Shown: positions 50,311-60,729, numbered from the stretch's first letter. The stretch is 64,000 nucleotides of DNA from an uncultured Gemmatimonadales bacterium (GCA_963798085.1 CAWCRS010000005.1:288001-352000), one strand, 5' to 3'. Made by a program: numbers and translations. The notes: generated by a model not told the origin, from the sequence alone.

Positions 50311-52688
50311 GACAGCTCCGCGATGGTGACACCCGTGCCCCCTTCGCCCACACCACCCACGCGCTGCGACTTCACCCGCCGGTCATCGCGTAACAGCTGT
50401 GTTACCACTTCGCGCAGTGCGCCCGTCCCCTTGCCGTGGATGATGCGCAGGCTGGAGAGTCCCGCCTGAATGGCTGCGTCCAGCGCCGGCTGCAGGCGGT
50501 TGAGCACTTCGTCGGCGCGCAGACCGCGCAGGTCGACTTCACTGGAGGCATCGAAGTCCGGTCCCGACCAAGTGGTGCGCAGCGGCTCACGCTGCGAGGG
50601 TCGGGGCGCGCTCACGGCCGCCGCGGGCGCCAGTCCGCCAACGCCCACGTGCAGGCGCAGCCCGCCGGCTTCGACCACGGCCCGCTCTTCCCGCAGCTCG
50701 AGGATCGTGCCCTCCGCGCCCGTCGCCTCGATGCGCACGCGATCGCCCACCTGCAGCGGCTGTGCGGGCGCGCCGTTGTGGCTGGTGCTGCCGGCTTTCG
50801 TGCGTCGCGACTGTATGCGTGCGCGATCTTCGACGCGACGGCGGGCGGCGCGTTCCATGCGTTCGCGATCCGCCTGGTTCTCCGCCTGTGTCGCATTCTC
50901 GCGCAATTCACGGATCGCGGCCTCGACTTCCCCGCGCGCACTCAGCAGCATGTCCCTCGCCTGCTGCCGCGCGCGCCGCTCCGCCGTCTTCTCCTTCGCG
51001 CTCAGTGCATCTTCGCGCTCCTGTACCCGCCGCTGCAGCGCCAGGGCTTCACTTCTCGCCTGCTCCGCCTCCGCTAACGCCTCGCTAAGGCTGCGCTCCC
51101 TGGTTTCCACCTCGGCCAGGAGTGTGGCCAGCGTCTTCTCTTCGCGCGGCACGAACGACTCGGCGCGCTCCAGGGTCGTGGCCGGAAAGCCCAGGCGGCG
51201 CGCAATGGCCAGGCCGTAGCTGCGGCCGGGCACACCCTTGCGCAGCCGGTACGTCGGGCGCAGCTCGACCGCATCGAAGTCGAGCGATGCGTTCACTACA
51301 CCGCCTTCCTCCGCCGCAAGCAGCTTCAGCTCACCCAGGTGTGTGGTTGCCACGGTGAGCGCGCCGCGGCGCGTCAGCTCGATGAGGATGGCACGCGAGA
51401 GCGCGCCGCCTTCGGCGGGGTCGGTGCCGCTCCCCATTTCATTGATGAGCACGAGCGATGCGCTGCGTGCGCGTTCCAGGATCTCCCGCAGGTTGCGCAG
51501 ATGCGCCGAAAACGTGGAGAGACTGGCTTCGATCGACTGCTCATCGCCAATGTCGGCGAACGCATCATCGAACACCGGCAGTCGAGTGCTTTCGCCCACG
51601 GTGGGAATGATGCCCGCCTGGGCCAGTGCGCTGGACAGCCCGATTGCCTTGAGCAGAACGGTCTTGCCACCCGTGTTAGGACCGGACACGAGCAGGGTGC
51701 GCTCGCCCGGATCGAGCGCGAGATCGAAGGGGACGACAGCGCCGCCGGCCGCCAGCAGAATCGGATGGCGGCCGTTCACCACCTCGTACGCGCTCGTGCC
51801 GCGCGGCAGCAGCTGCGGCCGGTGGCCGTCGTAGCGCAGCGCGAAGCGGGCTCTGGCCCACAGCGAATCCAGCTCGACCAGCGCGCCCAGCGATGTCTCC
51901 AGTGCCTCGCGCTGCGGGCGCAGCGCGTCGCTCAGCTCGCGCAGGATGCGCTGCACTTCGCGCGCTTCCGCGATCTCCAGCTCACGCAGCTGGTTCATCA
52001 GCTCGATGGCAATGGGCGGTTCCACGAACAGCGTCTGGCCGGTTGCCGATTCGTCGTGCACGAGTCCGCCCACATTGCCGCGGCCCTCGCGGCGGATCGG
52101 AATCACGTAGCGACCCTCGCGCTGGGTGACTGATGCGTCGGCCACCTGCACGCGTGACGGCAGCGACGCCATGTACTGCTCGAGGCGCTGCACGACGCGG
52201 CCCCGCGAGCCCTTGATCTCGCGGCGCAGACGAGCCAGCTCGCGCGAAGCGTGATCGCGCACGTCACCGGCATCATCGATCGCGTGACGCACCTGCTCTT
52301 CGGCATCTTCCAGATCGCCGAGCCGTTCCGCGATCTGTGTGATCAGCGGCACGTCCGTGCGGCTGCGCAGCACGGCGCGTGTGTTGTGCGCCGCGGCCAT
52401 CAGCCGTGCGAGATCGCGCAGGGCGAGCGGCTCCAGCACCCCGCCCGGCGTGGCGAGGCGTCGCAGTGGCTGGCGACAGTCGGGAAGGTCAGGCATGCTC
52501 CAGTCGGCCGTGCGCTGCACGAGCACGCCCATCTGTTCGACGCGCTCCAGCTCTTCCGCAATCCAGCCGGATGCATCGGAAGGCTCCAGCGCGCGCACGG
52601 CCTCGGCCCCCATTGGACTGGAGGCAAAGCCAGCCACCAGCTGGAGTGCTTCCGGATACTGCAGAACTTCGAGTGCGTGACGATTCAT
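50307..52688 (-). CDS. mutS2: Endonuclease MutS2
   Basis: HDESATGQT, SGPNTGGKT, DIGDEQSI..SLSTFS, TTH, C-terminal Smr (DLRG..IIHGKGTG). Confidence 0.95.
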   Translation of the reverse strand: MNRHALEVLQYPEALQLVAGFASSPMGAEAVRALEPSDASGWIAEELERVEQMGVLVQRTADWSMPDLPDCRQPLRRLATPGGVLEPLALRDLARLMAAAHNTRAVLRSRTDVPLITQIAERLGDLEDAEEQVRHAIDDAGDVRDHASRELARLRREIKGSRGRVVQRLEQYMASLPSRVQVADASVTQREGRYVIPIRREGRGNVGGLVHDESATGQTLFVEPPIAIELMNQLRELEIAEAREVQRILRELSDALRPQREALETSLGALVELDSLWARARFALRYDGHRPQLLPRGTSAYEVVNGRHPILLAAGGAVVPFDLALDPGERTLLVSGPNTGGKTVLLKAIGLSSALAQAGIIPTVGESTRLPVFDDAFADIGDEQSIEASLSTFSAHLRNLREILERARSASLVLINEMGSGTDPAEGGALSRAILIELTRRGALTVATTHLGELKLLAAEEGGVVNASLDFDAVELRPTYRLRKGVPGRSYGLAIARRLGFPATTLERAESFVPREEKTLATLLAEVETRERSLSEALAEAEQARSEALALQRRVQEREDALSAKEKTAERRARQQARDMLLSARGEVEAAIRELRENATQAENQADRERMERAARRRVEDRARIQSRRTKAGSTSHNGAPAQPLQVGDRVRIEATGAEGTILELREERAVVEAGGLRLHVGVGGLAPAAAVSAPRPSQREPLRTTWSGPDFDASSEVDLRGLRADEVLNRLQPALDAAIQAGLSSLRIIHGKGTGALREVVTQLLRDDRRVKSQRVGGVGEGGTGVTIAELS

Positions 52689-52757
52689 GTCCCGTATCTG
52701 GCGAGCCTGTCCCTCATTTACCCCGCTGCCCCGGAAGCGCGCCCGCCGATTCCGGTA

Positions 52758-53195
52758 TCATCCGCCCAGTTCTTCCCGGGCAATGCGATTCGCCTCGCGC
52801 CCATCGAAGCTGCCCTTGATGCGCGGCATGATCGCACTCATCACCGCGCCAATGTTCGCGGCGCCGCCTGCAATCGCGTCGCGCACGAAGGTTCGCACCT
52901 GCGCTTCGTCCAGTTGCGCCGGCAGGTATCCGCTCAGGATGCGCGCTTCCGAGTCTTCCTTCTCCGCCAGGTCTTCGCGCTTGCCCGCTCGCATCTGTTC
53001 CGCCGCTTCCCTGCGGCGCTTGATTGCGCGGCCCACGACTTCGATCACTTCCGCATCAGCGGCCTCGTGACCCACCTCGATCTCACGGTTCCTGACTTCG
53101 GACAGCGTCATCGTGAACAGCTGTGTGCGCAGCTTGTCGCGTTCCTTGCGCGCCGCGTTGAGGTCGGCGCGCAGCCGCTCCTTGAGGGAACTCAT
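52758..53195 (-). CDS. GatB/YqeY-domain protein
   Basis: MSSLKERL..KRRREAAEQ..GKREDLA..YLPAQL..IGAVM. Confidence 0.92.
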   Translation of the reverse strand: MSSLKERLRADLNAARKERDKLRTQLFTMTLSEVRNREIEVGHEAADAEVIEVVGRAIKRRREAAEQMRAGKREDLAEKEDSEARILSGYLPAQLDEAQVRTFVRDAIAGGAANIGAVMSAIMPRIKGSFDGREANRIAREELGG

Positions 53196-53202
53196 GCGCG
53201 GC

Positions 53203-53553
53203 TCATCCCGGCGGCCAGCGCATGGCGCGGCCGCCCAGCAGGTGCAGATGAATGTGATCCACGGATTGTCCGCCCTCGGTCCCCGTATTGAGCACCAGCC
53301 GGTAGCCGGAATCCGCGATACCCAGTTCGGCGGCCAGGCGCTGCGCCAGCAGAATCATGCGACCGGCGAGTCCCGCGTCCGCGGTAGTCAGATCATTCAC
53401 GGAAGCAATGTGCCGGCGAGGCATGATGAGGACGTGCGTGGGCGCGCGCGGATCAATGTCGTGTATGGCGATCATGTCTTCGGCTTCCGCCACCCTCTTC
53501 GCCGGCAGCTCGCCGGCCACGATGCGGCAGAAGATGCAGCTTGCTGTGCTCAC
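53203..53553 (-). CDS. hinT: Histidine-triad nucleotide-binding protein
   Basis: CIFCRI, GGQSVDHIHLHLLGGR..WPPG; GTG start with GGAGGT RBS. Confidence 0.93.
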   Translation of the reverse strand: MSTASCIFCRIVAGELPAKRVAEAEDMIAIHDIDPRAPTHVLIMPRRHIASVNDLTTADAGLAGRMILLAQRLAAELGIADSGYRLVLNTGTEGGQSVDHIHLHLLGGRAMRWPPG

Positions 53554-53639
53554 CTGACACCTCCGCACTGGACCCCACCAGCTATCGCTGCGCCCCGCGG
53601 GACGCGGCAATGTAGCAGCCCGTAACGTCGAGGCACCAC

Positions 53640-54146
53640 ATGGACCCCGAGCTGGAACGTCGCATCATACAGCTGCTGCGCGACGCGCCCTCGCCCGCGC
53701 TGCCGCTGCGCCGGCTGCACTGCACACTGCTGGCCGAGCGCGTGACCGGTGTGGGCAGCTACGCCCGACTCATGGAGGACCTCGCGCAACGCGGCGATGT
53801 CTTCCTCCTGACGGAGCGCGAGCACCCGCTGGGTCATGACGGAGACTGGCCTGCTGGGGTGCGCTCCGAGTACGAGGCCGAGCTGGACGCGGCCGGCATC
53901 GAGACCGGACCGCAGGTCACGCTGGTGCGCCATGCCCCGCTCGCGGAGGGCGATGCGCTCGACGACACACTCTCGCTTCGGCCACAGGTCGCAAACGCCA
54001 GCGCCGTGCTGCAGCCACTCTATCGGTCGCTGCTCGACGTGTGGAAGGCGGCGCCGGAACAGACTGCACTGCGCGGGGCAGTGGCCAGCGCGCTCGCCGA
54101 GTGTGCGCTGTGGACGGAAGCTCTGGCTGCGGGATTGGACTACTGA
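53640..54146 (+). CDS. Hypothetical protein (168 aa), possible N-terminal winged-helix-like region
   Basis: Fills the gap between hinT and prmA, GAGG RBS, protein-like composition. No family recognised. Confidence 0.65.
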   Translation: MDPELERRIIQLLRDAPSPALPLRRLHCTLLAERVTGVGSYARLMEDLAQRGDVFLLTEREHPLGHDGDWPAGVRSEYEAELDAAGIETGPQVTLVRHAPLAEGDALDDTLSLRPQVANASAVLQPLYRSLLDVWKAAPEQTALRGAVASALAECALWTEALAAGLDY

Positions 54147-54181
54147 TGGCAGGCGACGATGCCGCCTCACGTCCGTGTCGT

Positions 54182-55039
54182 TCAGCAGGCGAAGCGTGCA
54201 CTCCACCATTCGTCTTCGCGATCCTCGGCCATCAGCTCGAGCCCCGCTACACCGGCAGCCTCGATCATGGCGGGCGCCTCGCTCTGCAGGATGCCGCCCA
54301 GGATGAGATTGCCGCCCGGGCGCAGGCTGCTGCGGAAGGCAGCCAGCAGCGGGCGCAGCACACCGCTCAGCACGTTGGCCAGCACGATGTCCCACTGGCG
54401 TGCGCGCGTGCGCAGGAACGCAGCATCCACAACAGCGTGTTGCAGCGTGATGCTCGTTTCGCAGGCGTTGCCGGCCACGTTCTCGCGCGCATTGATGAGC
54501 GCGTCCGCATCGGACTCCACCGCCAGCACGCTGGTCGCGCCCAGGCGTGTGGCGGCAATGGCCAGCACCGCGGAGCCGGTGCCCACATCGAGCACGTCGC
54601 AACCTGACACGGGCACAGCCTCGAGCAGTCGCAGCACGCCGCGCGTCGATGCGTGTTCACCCGTGCCGAACGCCATCTGCGGATCAATGACGATCAGGAT
54701 GTCGTCCGGCGCGACGCTGGGCGCCGACCAGCTGGGTGACACAATCAGGTGTTTGCCCACGCGACGGGGTCCCAGACCCTCGCGCCAGCGTGCAGTCCAG
54801 TCCTGCCCGGGCTGCAATTCCCACTCGATCTCCAGCGGCCCGGACACCAGGCTGGCCAGACGTTCCCGCGCGGCCGCGACGGTTTCCTCGGGATCCTGCG
54901 CGGGCAGCCAGGTGTGCAGCCATTCGCCGTCTTCCTGGACCGCCTGCCCGCCACAAGCAATCAGCCCTTCGGCGAGCCATGCGTTCTGCTCTGCCGAAGG
55001 GCTGCGTACGCGGAGCACGAGCCAGGCGTTGTCCGCCAT
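54182..55039 (-). CDS. prmA: Ribosomal protein L11 methyltransferase
   Basis: IDPQMAFGTGEHAST, LDVGTGSAVLAI, VLAN; downstream of dnaJ. Confidence 0.93.
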   Translation of the reverse strand: MADNAWLVLRVRSPSAEQNAWLAEGLIACGGQAVQEDGEWLHTWLPAQDPEETVAAARERLASLVSGPLEIEWELQPGQDWTARWREGLGPRRVGKHLIVSPSWSAPSVAPDDILIVIDPQMAFGTGEHASTRGVLRLLEAVPVSGCDVLDVGTGSAVLAIAATRLGATSVLAVESDADALINARENVAGNACETSITLQHAVVDAAFLRTRARQWDIVLANVLSGVLRPLLAAFRSSLRPGGNLILGGILQSEAPAMIEAAGVAGLELMAEDREDEWWSARFAC

Positions 55040-55041
55040 GC

Positions 55042-56187
55042 TCAACTGCCGCCGAAGGCTTCCTTGATCTTGGCCCAGATGCCGCGGTCCGCGTGTTGTG
55101 CGTCGCGCGGCGCGGGCGTCTCGAGATCCGCCAGCTCGCGCAGCGCGCGCTCCTGCTCCGGACTCAGATGGGTGGGCGTCCACACATTGACGCGCACAAT
55201 CAGATCACCGCGCGATCCTCCGCGCAGCTGGGGCAGTCCCTTGCCGCGCATGCGCAGCAGATGGCCGGATTGCGTGCCCGGCGCAACACGCAGTTTGGCG
55301 TTGCCTGTCACCAGCGGCACTTCGATCTCCGCACCCAGCGCGGCCTGGGTGAACGTGATCGGAAGCTCGTAGAGCAGATCGGCGCCATCGCGGGCGAAGC
55401 GTTCGTCCTCTTCGACCTCGATCACTGCGATCACATCACCACGCGCGCCGCCGTGCTGGCCGGCGTTGCCGTGGCCGCGCAGCGTGATGTAGTCACCGGT
55501 GCTGACGCCCGGCGGAATCTCGACTTCGACTTTCTTCTCGGAGGCTTCGACACCCCGGCCATTGCACTTCTTGCACGGGGTCGTGATGCGCTGCCCCTCG
55601 CCGTGACACGCCGGACACGGCGTCACGCTCACGAGCTGTCCCAGGATCGAGCGCTGTACGCGCCGCACTTCGCCGGCGCCGCCGCACGTGCTGCAGCGTT
55701 CCGGTGAGGAACCGGGCGCGGCGCCGCTGCCGCCGCATTCCGCGCAGTGATCCTGCGCGCGGATCTTCACGGTCTTGCGCACGCCGGTGACGACTTCCTC
55801 CAGCGTCAACGGCAGTCGCACGCGCAGGTCCGAGCCGCGGCCGCGGCCCGCGCGCTGGCGCGAGCCGCCGCCAAAGAGATCCTCGACGCCGAAGCCGCCG
55901 AAATCGCGCATGAAAATGGACAATGCGTCGGCGAAGTTGAAGCCGGCGCCGTAATCACCCGCGCCGCTCTTCACGCCGGCGTGGCCGAAGCGGTCATACG
56001 CCGAGCGCTTGTCCGCGTCGCGCAGCACTTCGTATGCTTCCGTCGCTTCCTTGAACAGCTCTTCCGCATCGCGCGAGCCGTTGTTGCGATCCGGATGGTA
56101 CTGCAGTGCCAGCTTGCGGTAGGCCTTCTTGATGACTTCGCCGTCCGCATCCCGCTGGACGCCCAGAATCTCGTAGTAGTCCCTCAT
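55042..56187 (-). CDS. dnaJ: Chaperone DnaJ
   Basis: J domain with HPD and four CxxCxGxG repeats. Confidence 0.97.
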   Translation of the reverse strand: MRDYYEILGVQRDADGEVIKKAYRKLALQYHPDRNNGSRDAEELFKEATEAYEVLRDADKRSAYDRFGHAGVKSGAGDYGAGFNFADALSIFMRDFGGFGVEDLFGGGSRQRAGRGRGSDLRVRLPLTLEEVVTGVRKTVKIRAQDHCAECGGSGAAPGSSPERCSTCGGAGEVRRVQRSILGQLVSVTPCPACHGEGQRITTPCKKCNGRGVEASEKKVEVEIPPGVSTGDYITLRGHGNAGQHGGARGDVIAVIEVEEDERFARDGADLLYELPITFTQAALGAEIEVPLVTGNAKLRVAPGTQSGHLLRMRGKGLPQLRGGSRGDLIVRVNVWTPTHLSPEQERALRELADLETPAPRDAQHADRGIWAKIKEAFGGS

Positions 56188-56206
56188 CCGTGTTCCGTGT
56201 CAGGCA

Positions 56207-57274
56207 TCAGGACCGGTTGCCCGGCAGCGATGCCAGCTCACCCATGAGCAGGCTCGTGTATTCCACAATGGCCGCGACTTTTTCGTACGGCATCCGTGTC
56301 GGCCCCATGACACCCAGTACTCCCGAGAGCGTTCCCAGTCGGTACTCCGAGGTCACCAGCGTGAACGGATTGAGTCGCGGATGCGAATGTTCCGAACCGA
56401 TTGTTATCGTGGGACCATCCTCGCGCGGTCTCGCATCCAGCACCGAGCGCAGGAGGTCACGCTGTTCCGTCAGCTCGATCAGGCTGCGCAGCCGCGGGCC
56501 CTCCGCAAACTCCGGCTGATTGGCCAGCGCACTGGTCGGCCCCAGCACCAGCTCGCCCTCGCCCAGCTGGGGCGCGCGCAGCATCTCGTCCGCCGACTGC
56601 ATGAAGATGTTGATCAGCTCCTGTGCCTGGCCGTCCGCGCTCGCATCACGCAGCCGGTCCGGCAGCGTGGCCCGCACATCCGCGAGCGAGAGTCCCGCCA
56701 GCCGTTCGTTCAGGATGCGGGTGACCGATGTCAACGTCTCGCGCGGCGCCATCACCGGAACGTCGACGTACACCGTACGGATCGCGCCATGCTTCAGAGT
56801 CAGCACCAGCAGCAGCGTCTCGCTGGAGATGGTCACCAGCTCGATCTTCTCGAGCACCACTTCATTGAGGCGAGGCGAGATGGCGAGACCCAGCTCGCCG
56901 GTGATCAGTCCGAGCACCCGCAGCGAGCGCTGCAGCAGACGCTCGAGCGGACCCGCGCCTTCGCCGTCATCGCTCAACTCACGCCGCAGCCGGCGCTGCT
57001 CCGCGATGCTGAGGCGCACCGGTCCCATCAGCGCATCCACGAAGTACCGGTAGGCCAGATCGGTGGGAATGCGGCCGGCCGACGTGTGCGGATGGAACAG
57101 GAATCCCTTGTCTTCCAGATCCGACATCGCGTTGCGCACGGTCGCCGCAGATACGTTCAGCCCGAAGCGGCGCGCCACTGTGCGGCTGCCCGCCGGCTCG
57201 GCGGTCTCCACGTACGTGCGGATGACCGCCTCCAGGATCTGTTGCTCCCGTTCTGTCAGCGCTGAGTGGGGCAT
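56207..57274 (-). CDS. hrcA: Heat-inducible transcription repressor HrcA
   Basis: LTEREQQIL..YVETAEPAGS..ATVRNAM..PHTSAGRIPT, GPTRMPY. Start 57274 or 57304. Confidence 0.95.
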   Translation of the reverse strand: MPHSALTEREQQILEAVIRTYVETAEPAGSRTVARRFGLNVSAATVRNAMSDLEDKGFLFHPHTSAGRIPTDLAYRYFVDALMGPVRLSIAEQRRLRRELSDDGEGAGPLERLLQRSLRVLGLITGELGLAISPRLNEVVLEKIELVTISSETLLLVLTLKHGAIRTVYVDVPVMAPRETLTSVTRILNERLAGLSLADVRATLPDRLRDASADGQAQELINIFMQSADEMLRAPQLGEGELVLGPTSALANQPEFAEGPRLRSLIELTEQRDLLRSVLDARPREDGPTITIGSEHSHPRLNPFTLVTSEYRLGTLSGVLGVMGPTRMPYEKVAAIVEYTSLLMGELASLPGNRS

Positions 57275-57296
57275 GCCCTGCTTGTCCCGATTCGTG

Positions 57297-58448
57297 TTAC
57301 TCAAATGTCTCGGTTGCTCCCACCGACTTCAAGGCGCGCGCGTCGAACTCCACCGACAGTCGGTCCAGCAGCAGCCAGCCCCGTGCAGTGAGTCGGACGT
57401 GATCGTCGTCGCCCTCGGCCCAGCCGCGCTCCCGCCACACCCGCGCCAGTGCTCGCTGCGCCGGCGTGCGGGTCGCGGAACCGGTGGCCGTGCGCAGGCC
57501 CAGCCAGCTCTGTTCCAGCAACGACGTTTCGGCATCCACCGCTTCGTCGCCATCGGTTGCATCCCCCGTGGCCATGATGCGGCCGCGGTACTTCGCCCAG
57601 TCGCGCACGTTCCAGGATCGCCTGGGTGGCAGGTAGGAGTGTGAGCCAGGGCCCAACCCCAGATATGCAGCGCCCGTCCAGTACGCGCTGTTGTGGCGCG
57701 ACTCGAGGCCGCGGCGAGCGAAGTTCGAGACTTCGTAGTGGTCGTAGCCGGCCGCCGTCAGCGTGCTGGCTGCCTGGAGATACTCGGTCGCGTAGGCGTC
57801 CTCATCGGCCAGCACTTCGCGGCCTTCCCTGACCCACCGACTCAGGGGTGCACCCGGTTCCGCCGTCAGGCCATACAGCGAAAGGTGCTCGGGTTCGAGC
57901 GCGACCGCCCGTTCCAGATCGCTCGGCCAATCCCGCTCCAGCCGCGCGGGCAATCCGAAAATCAGGTCGATGCTGACGTTGTCGAAACCCGCCTCACGGG
58001 CCGCCCGCATCGCCTTGCGCGGCCCGTCCGGTCCGTGCAGCCGACCCATCCATCGCAGCGCATCGGCGTGGAACGTCTGCGCACCCAGGCTCAGCCGGTT
58101 CACGCCGGCCGCGCGCCAGTCGCGCGCCAGGGCCGCGTCGAAGGATTCCGGATTTGCCTCCACCGTCCATTCGACGCCGTCGTCCCAGTGCGCGAAGCGT
58201 CGCAGCCGTTTGGCCAGGCCGGCCATTACGCCCCGCCCCAGCAGGGAGGGTGTACCGCCGCCCACATAGATCGTGCGCAGGTCGAGGGTGTTCCAACCCT
58301 GCCCGCGCATGGTGGCGGCCAGCTCGGCTTCCATCGCGTCCAGCCACGCCTCGGCCCGCGGCGACGAGTCCACCGTCACCGCGAAATCGCAATAGCTGCA
58401 TCGCCGCACGCAGAATGGCGAGTGGAGGTACAGGTAAGAGGGCTGCAC
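57297..58448 (-). CDS. hemW: Radical SAM heme chaperone HemW
   Basis: LYLHSPFCVRRCSYCDF, GGGTPS, EANP, YEVSNF, HNSAYW. Confidence 0.92.
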   Translation of the reverse strand: MQPSYLYLHSPFCVRRCSYCDFAVTVDSSPRAEAWLDAMEAELAATMRGQGWNTLDLRTIYVGGGTPSLLGRGVMAGLAKRLRRFAHWDDGVEWTVEANPESFDAALARDWRAAGVNRLSLGAQTFHADALRWMGRLHGPDGPRKAMRAAREAGFDNVSIDLIFGLPARLERDWPSDLERAVALEPEHLSLYGLTAEPGAPLSRWVREGREVLADEDAYATEYLQAASTLTAAGYDHYEVSNFARRGLESRHNSAYWTGAAYLGLGPGSHSYLPPRRSWNVRDWAKYRGRIMATGDATDGDEAVDAETSLLEQSWLGLRTATGSATRTPAQRALARVWRERGWAEGDDDHVRLTARGWLLLDRLSVEFDARALKSVGATETFE

Positions 58449-58498
58449 GACTGTGCTACCCCCGCGTCCGGCAAGGGGTTGCGTAGCTCTATATCGGG

Positions 58499-59704
58499 TC
58501 AGCGGCGCACCGGCCGGCTGAACCGCATTCCTGCCGCCTGCTGGGCGTAGCCGCGGATCTCCAACTCCAGCAGTGCAACCAGTGCTTCGGCAGTGGTCAA
58601 ACCTGTGGCCGCCGCCAGTTGATCGACATGTGCCGGCTCATCGTTCATGGCCGTCCACACTGCGCGCGCCGGACCTGCTGCCGCGGGTGCGGCAGCAATC
58701 GCGGGCAGAGCTGGCGCCGTGTCACCCATGGCAGGCTCGCCGCCCGAGCGACCGGCCCGGACCGCCTGGCCAGGGGCCCTCGCCGTGCCCTGCGGACGCG
58801 CGACCACGGCCGCCGCCTCGTCGCGCGGCACGTCCGTGTGCAACAGCCGGGACTGCACGGCCGCGAGCAGCTCGGCGGGGTCCGTCAGGATTGCTGCACC
58901 GTCCCGGATGAGGGCATTGGTGCCCAGACTCGTCCGGCGGCCGATGGGTCCTGGCACAGCGAACACATCGCGGCCCAGGTCGGTGGCGTGCTCGGCCGTG
59001 ATCAATGCGCCACTGCGTTCCGGCGCCTCCACCACCACTACTGCGCAGGACAGTGCCGCAATGATGCGGTTCCGCTGCGGGAAATGGTGCGGCAGCGCCG
59101 GCTCTCCCGGCAGGAACTCGCTGAGCAGCAGACCCTCCCGTGCGATGCGTTCCTGCAGGTTCGCGTGTGCCGGCGGATACACCACGTCGATGCCGGAGCC
59201 CACGACGGCGATCGTTGCGCCGCCCGCCGCCAGCGTTGTCTCGTGTGCCACACGGTCGATGCCGTGCGCCAGTCCGCTGATCACGGCCATGCCGGCGCCA
59301 GCCAGGGCCTCTGCGAACAGCCGTGTCACATCGGCGCCGTACTCCGTGTGGGCGCGTGTTCCCACCAGCGCGACGGCCGGCCGCTCCAGCATTGCTCGGT
59401 GACCGCGCGCCAGCAGCAGTGGCGGTGGATCGTGCAGCTCGAGCAGTGCGGCCGGGTATCCCGCCTGACCGTACCCCAGCGGTTCCACATCACCGGCGGC
59501 TTCAATGGAAACCAGCGCATGCTCAATGCGGTCGCGCACGTGTTTCTGCTCGAGGTGCGCAGCGGATTCCGGCCGCTCCTGCATCAGCCCGCGCACGGCG
59601 CGCGTGGGCGAATGGTGCCGGTCGAGCAGCGCGCGCAGCCGGACATCGCCAATGCCGGGCGCTGCCTTGAGCATGAGCAGCGCGCGCAGCGTCTCACGAT
59701 CCAT
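58499..59704 (-). CDS. dprA: DNA-processing protein DprA
   Basis: VALVGTR, SGLAHGID..AH, FPQRNRIIA, SGALITA, GRDVFAVPG, C-terminal wHTH. Confidence 0.95.
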   Translation of the reverse strand: MDRETLRALLMLKAAPGIGDVRLRALLDRHHSPTRAVRGLMQERPESAAHLEQKHVRDRIEHALVSIEAAGDVEPLGYGQAGYPAALLELHDPPPLLLARGHRAMLERPAVALVGTRAHTEYGADVTRLFAEALAGAGMAVISGLAHGIDRVAHETTLAAGGATIAVVGSGIDVVYPPAHANLQERIAREGLLLSEFLPGEPALPHHFPQRNRIIAALSCAVVVVEAPERSGALITAEHATDLGRDVFAVPGPIGRRTSLGTNALIRDGAAILTDPAELLAAVQSRLLHTDVPRDEAAAVVARPQGTARAPGQAVRAGRSGGEPAMGDTAPALPAIAAAPAAAGPARAVWTAMNDEPAHVDQLAAATGLTTAEALVALLELEIRGYAQQAAGMRFSRPVRR

Positions 59705-60716
59705 TGCCAGCTGGGTCGAGCGCTTCGGCGAGCACCACCTGTTGCTGAATGCGGGACCAGATTCCCTCGAGCATCGGGTCGAGTCCTGCGCGTGTCGCGG
59801 CGGACACGACGAAGCAGCCCCATGCCGCCGGCGCGTCGATGACCGGCAGCGCCGCGTCGAGCGGCAGCAGGTCCGACTTGCTGACGATGACGCAGTGCGG
59901 CTTGGCCGCCAGTTCCGGCGAGTAGGCGAGAATCTCGTCGCGCAGGAGTGCGTACTCGGCCTGCGCATTCTCCGAGTCCGCGGGGATCAGGAACGCAAGC
60001 GTCCGCGTGCGCTCAATGTGACGCAGGAAACGCAGCCCCAGACCGCGACCCTCATGCGCGCCCTCGATAATGCCCGGGATATCGGCCATTACGAAGCTGC
60101 AATGATCGCGGAGCGCCACCACTCCGAGGTTGGGACTGAGTGTGGTGAACGGATAATCGGCAATGCGTGGTGTAGCGGCGGAAACTGCGGCCAGCAGCGT
60201 CGACTTGCCCGCATTCGGTTTCCCCACCAGCCCCACATCCGCGATCAGTTTCAGCTCCAGCTGGATGCGCCGGTCCTCGCCCTCTTCCCCGGGCTCCCAG
60301 CGCCGAGGTGCGCGGTTGGTCGGTGTGGCAAACGCGGCGTTACCGCGGCCACCCCGCCCGCCTTTCGCCACCACCAGCTCCTGGCCCTCTTCCAGCACTT
60401 CGCCGATCAGCGCACCGCTGCCCGCATCGCGCACGATGGTTCCCACCGGCACGCGCAGCACCAGGTCCTCGCCCGAGCGACCCGTGCGGTCCTTTCCCTG
60501 CCCGTGCTGTCCGCGCTCCGCGCGGTAATGCTGCTGGTAGCGGTAATCGAGCAGCGTCCAGAGCTGCACATCGCCGCGCAGCAGCACGCTGCCGCCGTGT
60601 CCGCCATTGCCGCCCGAGGGCCCGCCCATGCGCACACCCATCTCGCGCCGGAACGCTTCCTGGCCTGACCCGCCAGTGCCCCCGGTGACCTGTACGATTG
60701 CCTGGTCTACAAACAT
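59694..60716 (-). CDS. obg: GTPase Obg/CgtA
   Basis: MFVD, Gly-rich Obg fold, GKPNAGKST, YPFTT, DIPG, FLRHIER. Confidence 0.96.
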   Translation of the reverse strand: MFVDQAIVQVTGGTGGSGQEAFRREMGVRMGGPSGGNGGHGGSVLLRGDVQLWTLLDYRYQQHYRAERGQHGQGKDRTGRSGEDLVLRVPVGTIVRDAGSGALIGEVLEEGQELVVAKGGRGGRGNAAFATPTNRAPRRWEPGEEGEDRRIQLELKLIADVGLVGKPNAGKSTLLAAVSAATPRIADYPFTTLSPNLGVVALRDHCSFVMADIPGIIEGAHEGRGLGLRFLRHIERTRTLAFLIPADSENAQAEYALLRDEILAYSPELAAKPHCVIVSKSDLLPLDAALPVIDAPAAWGCFVVSAATRAGLDPMLEGIWSRIQQQVVLAEALDPAGNGS

Positions 60717-60729
60717 CGTGTTTGGTACC

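Noticed and set aside
57275..58498. CIRCE element near hrcA or hemW
   Set aside because: Only a partial TAGCAC is present upstream of hemW; no TTAGCACTC-N9-GAGTGCTAA repeat was seen.
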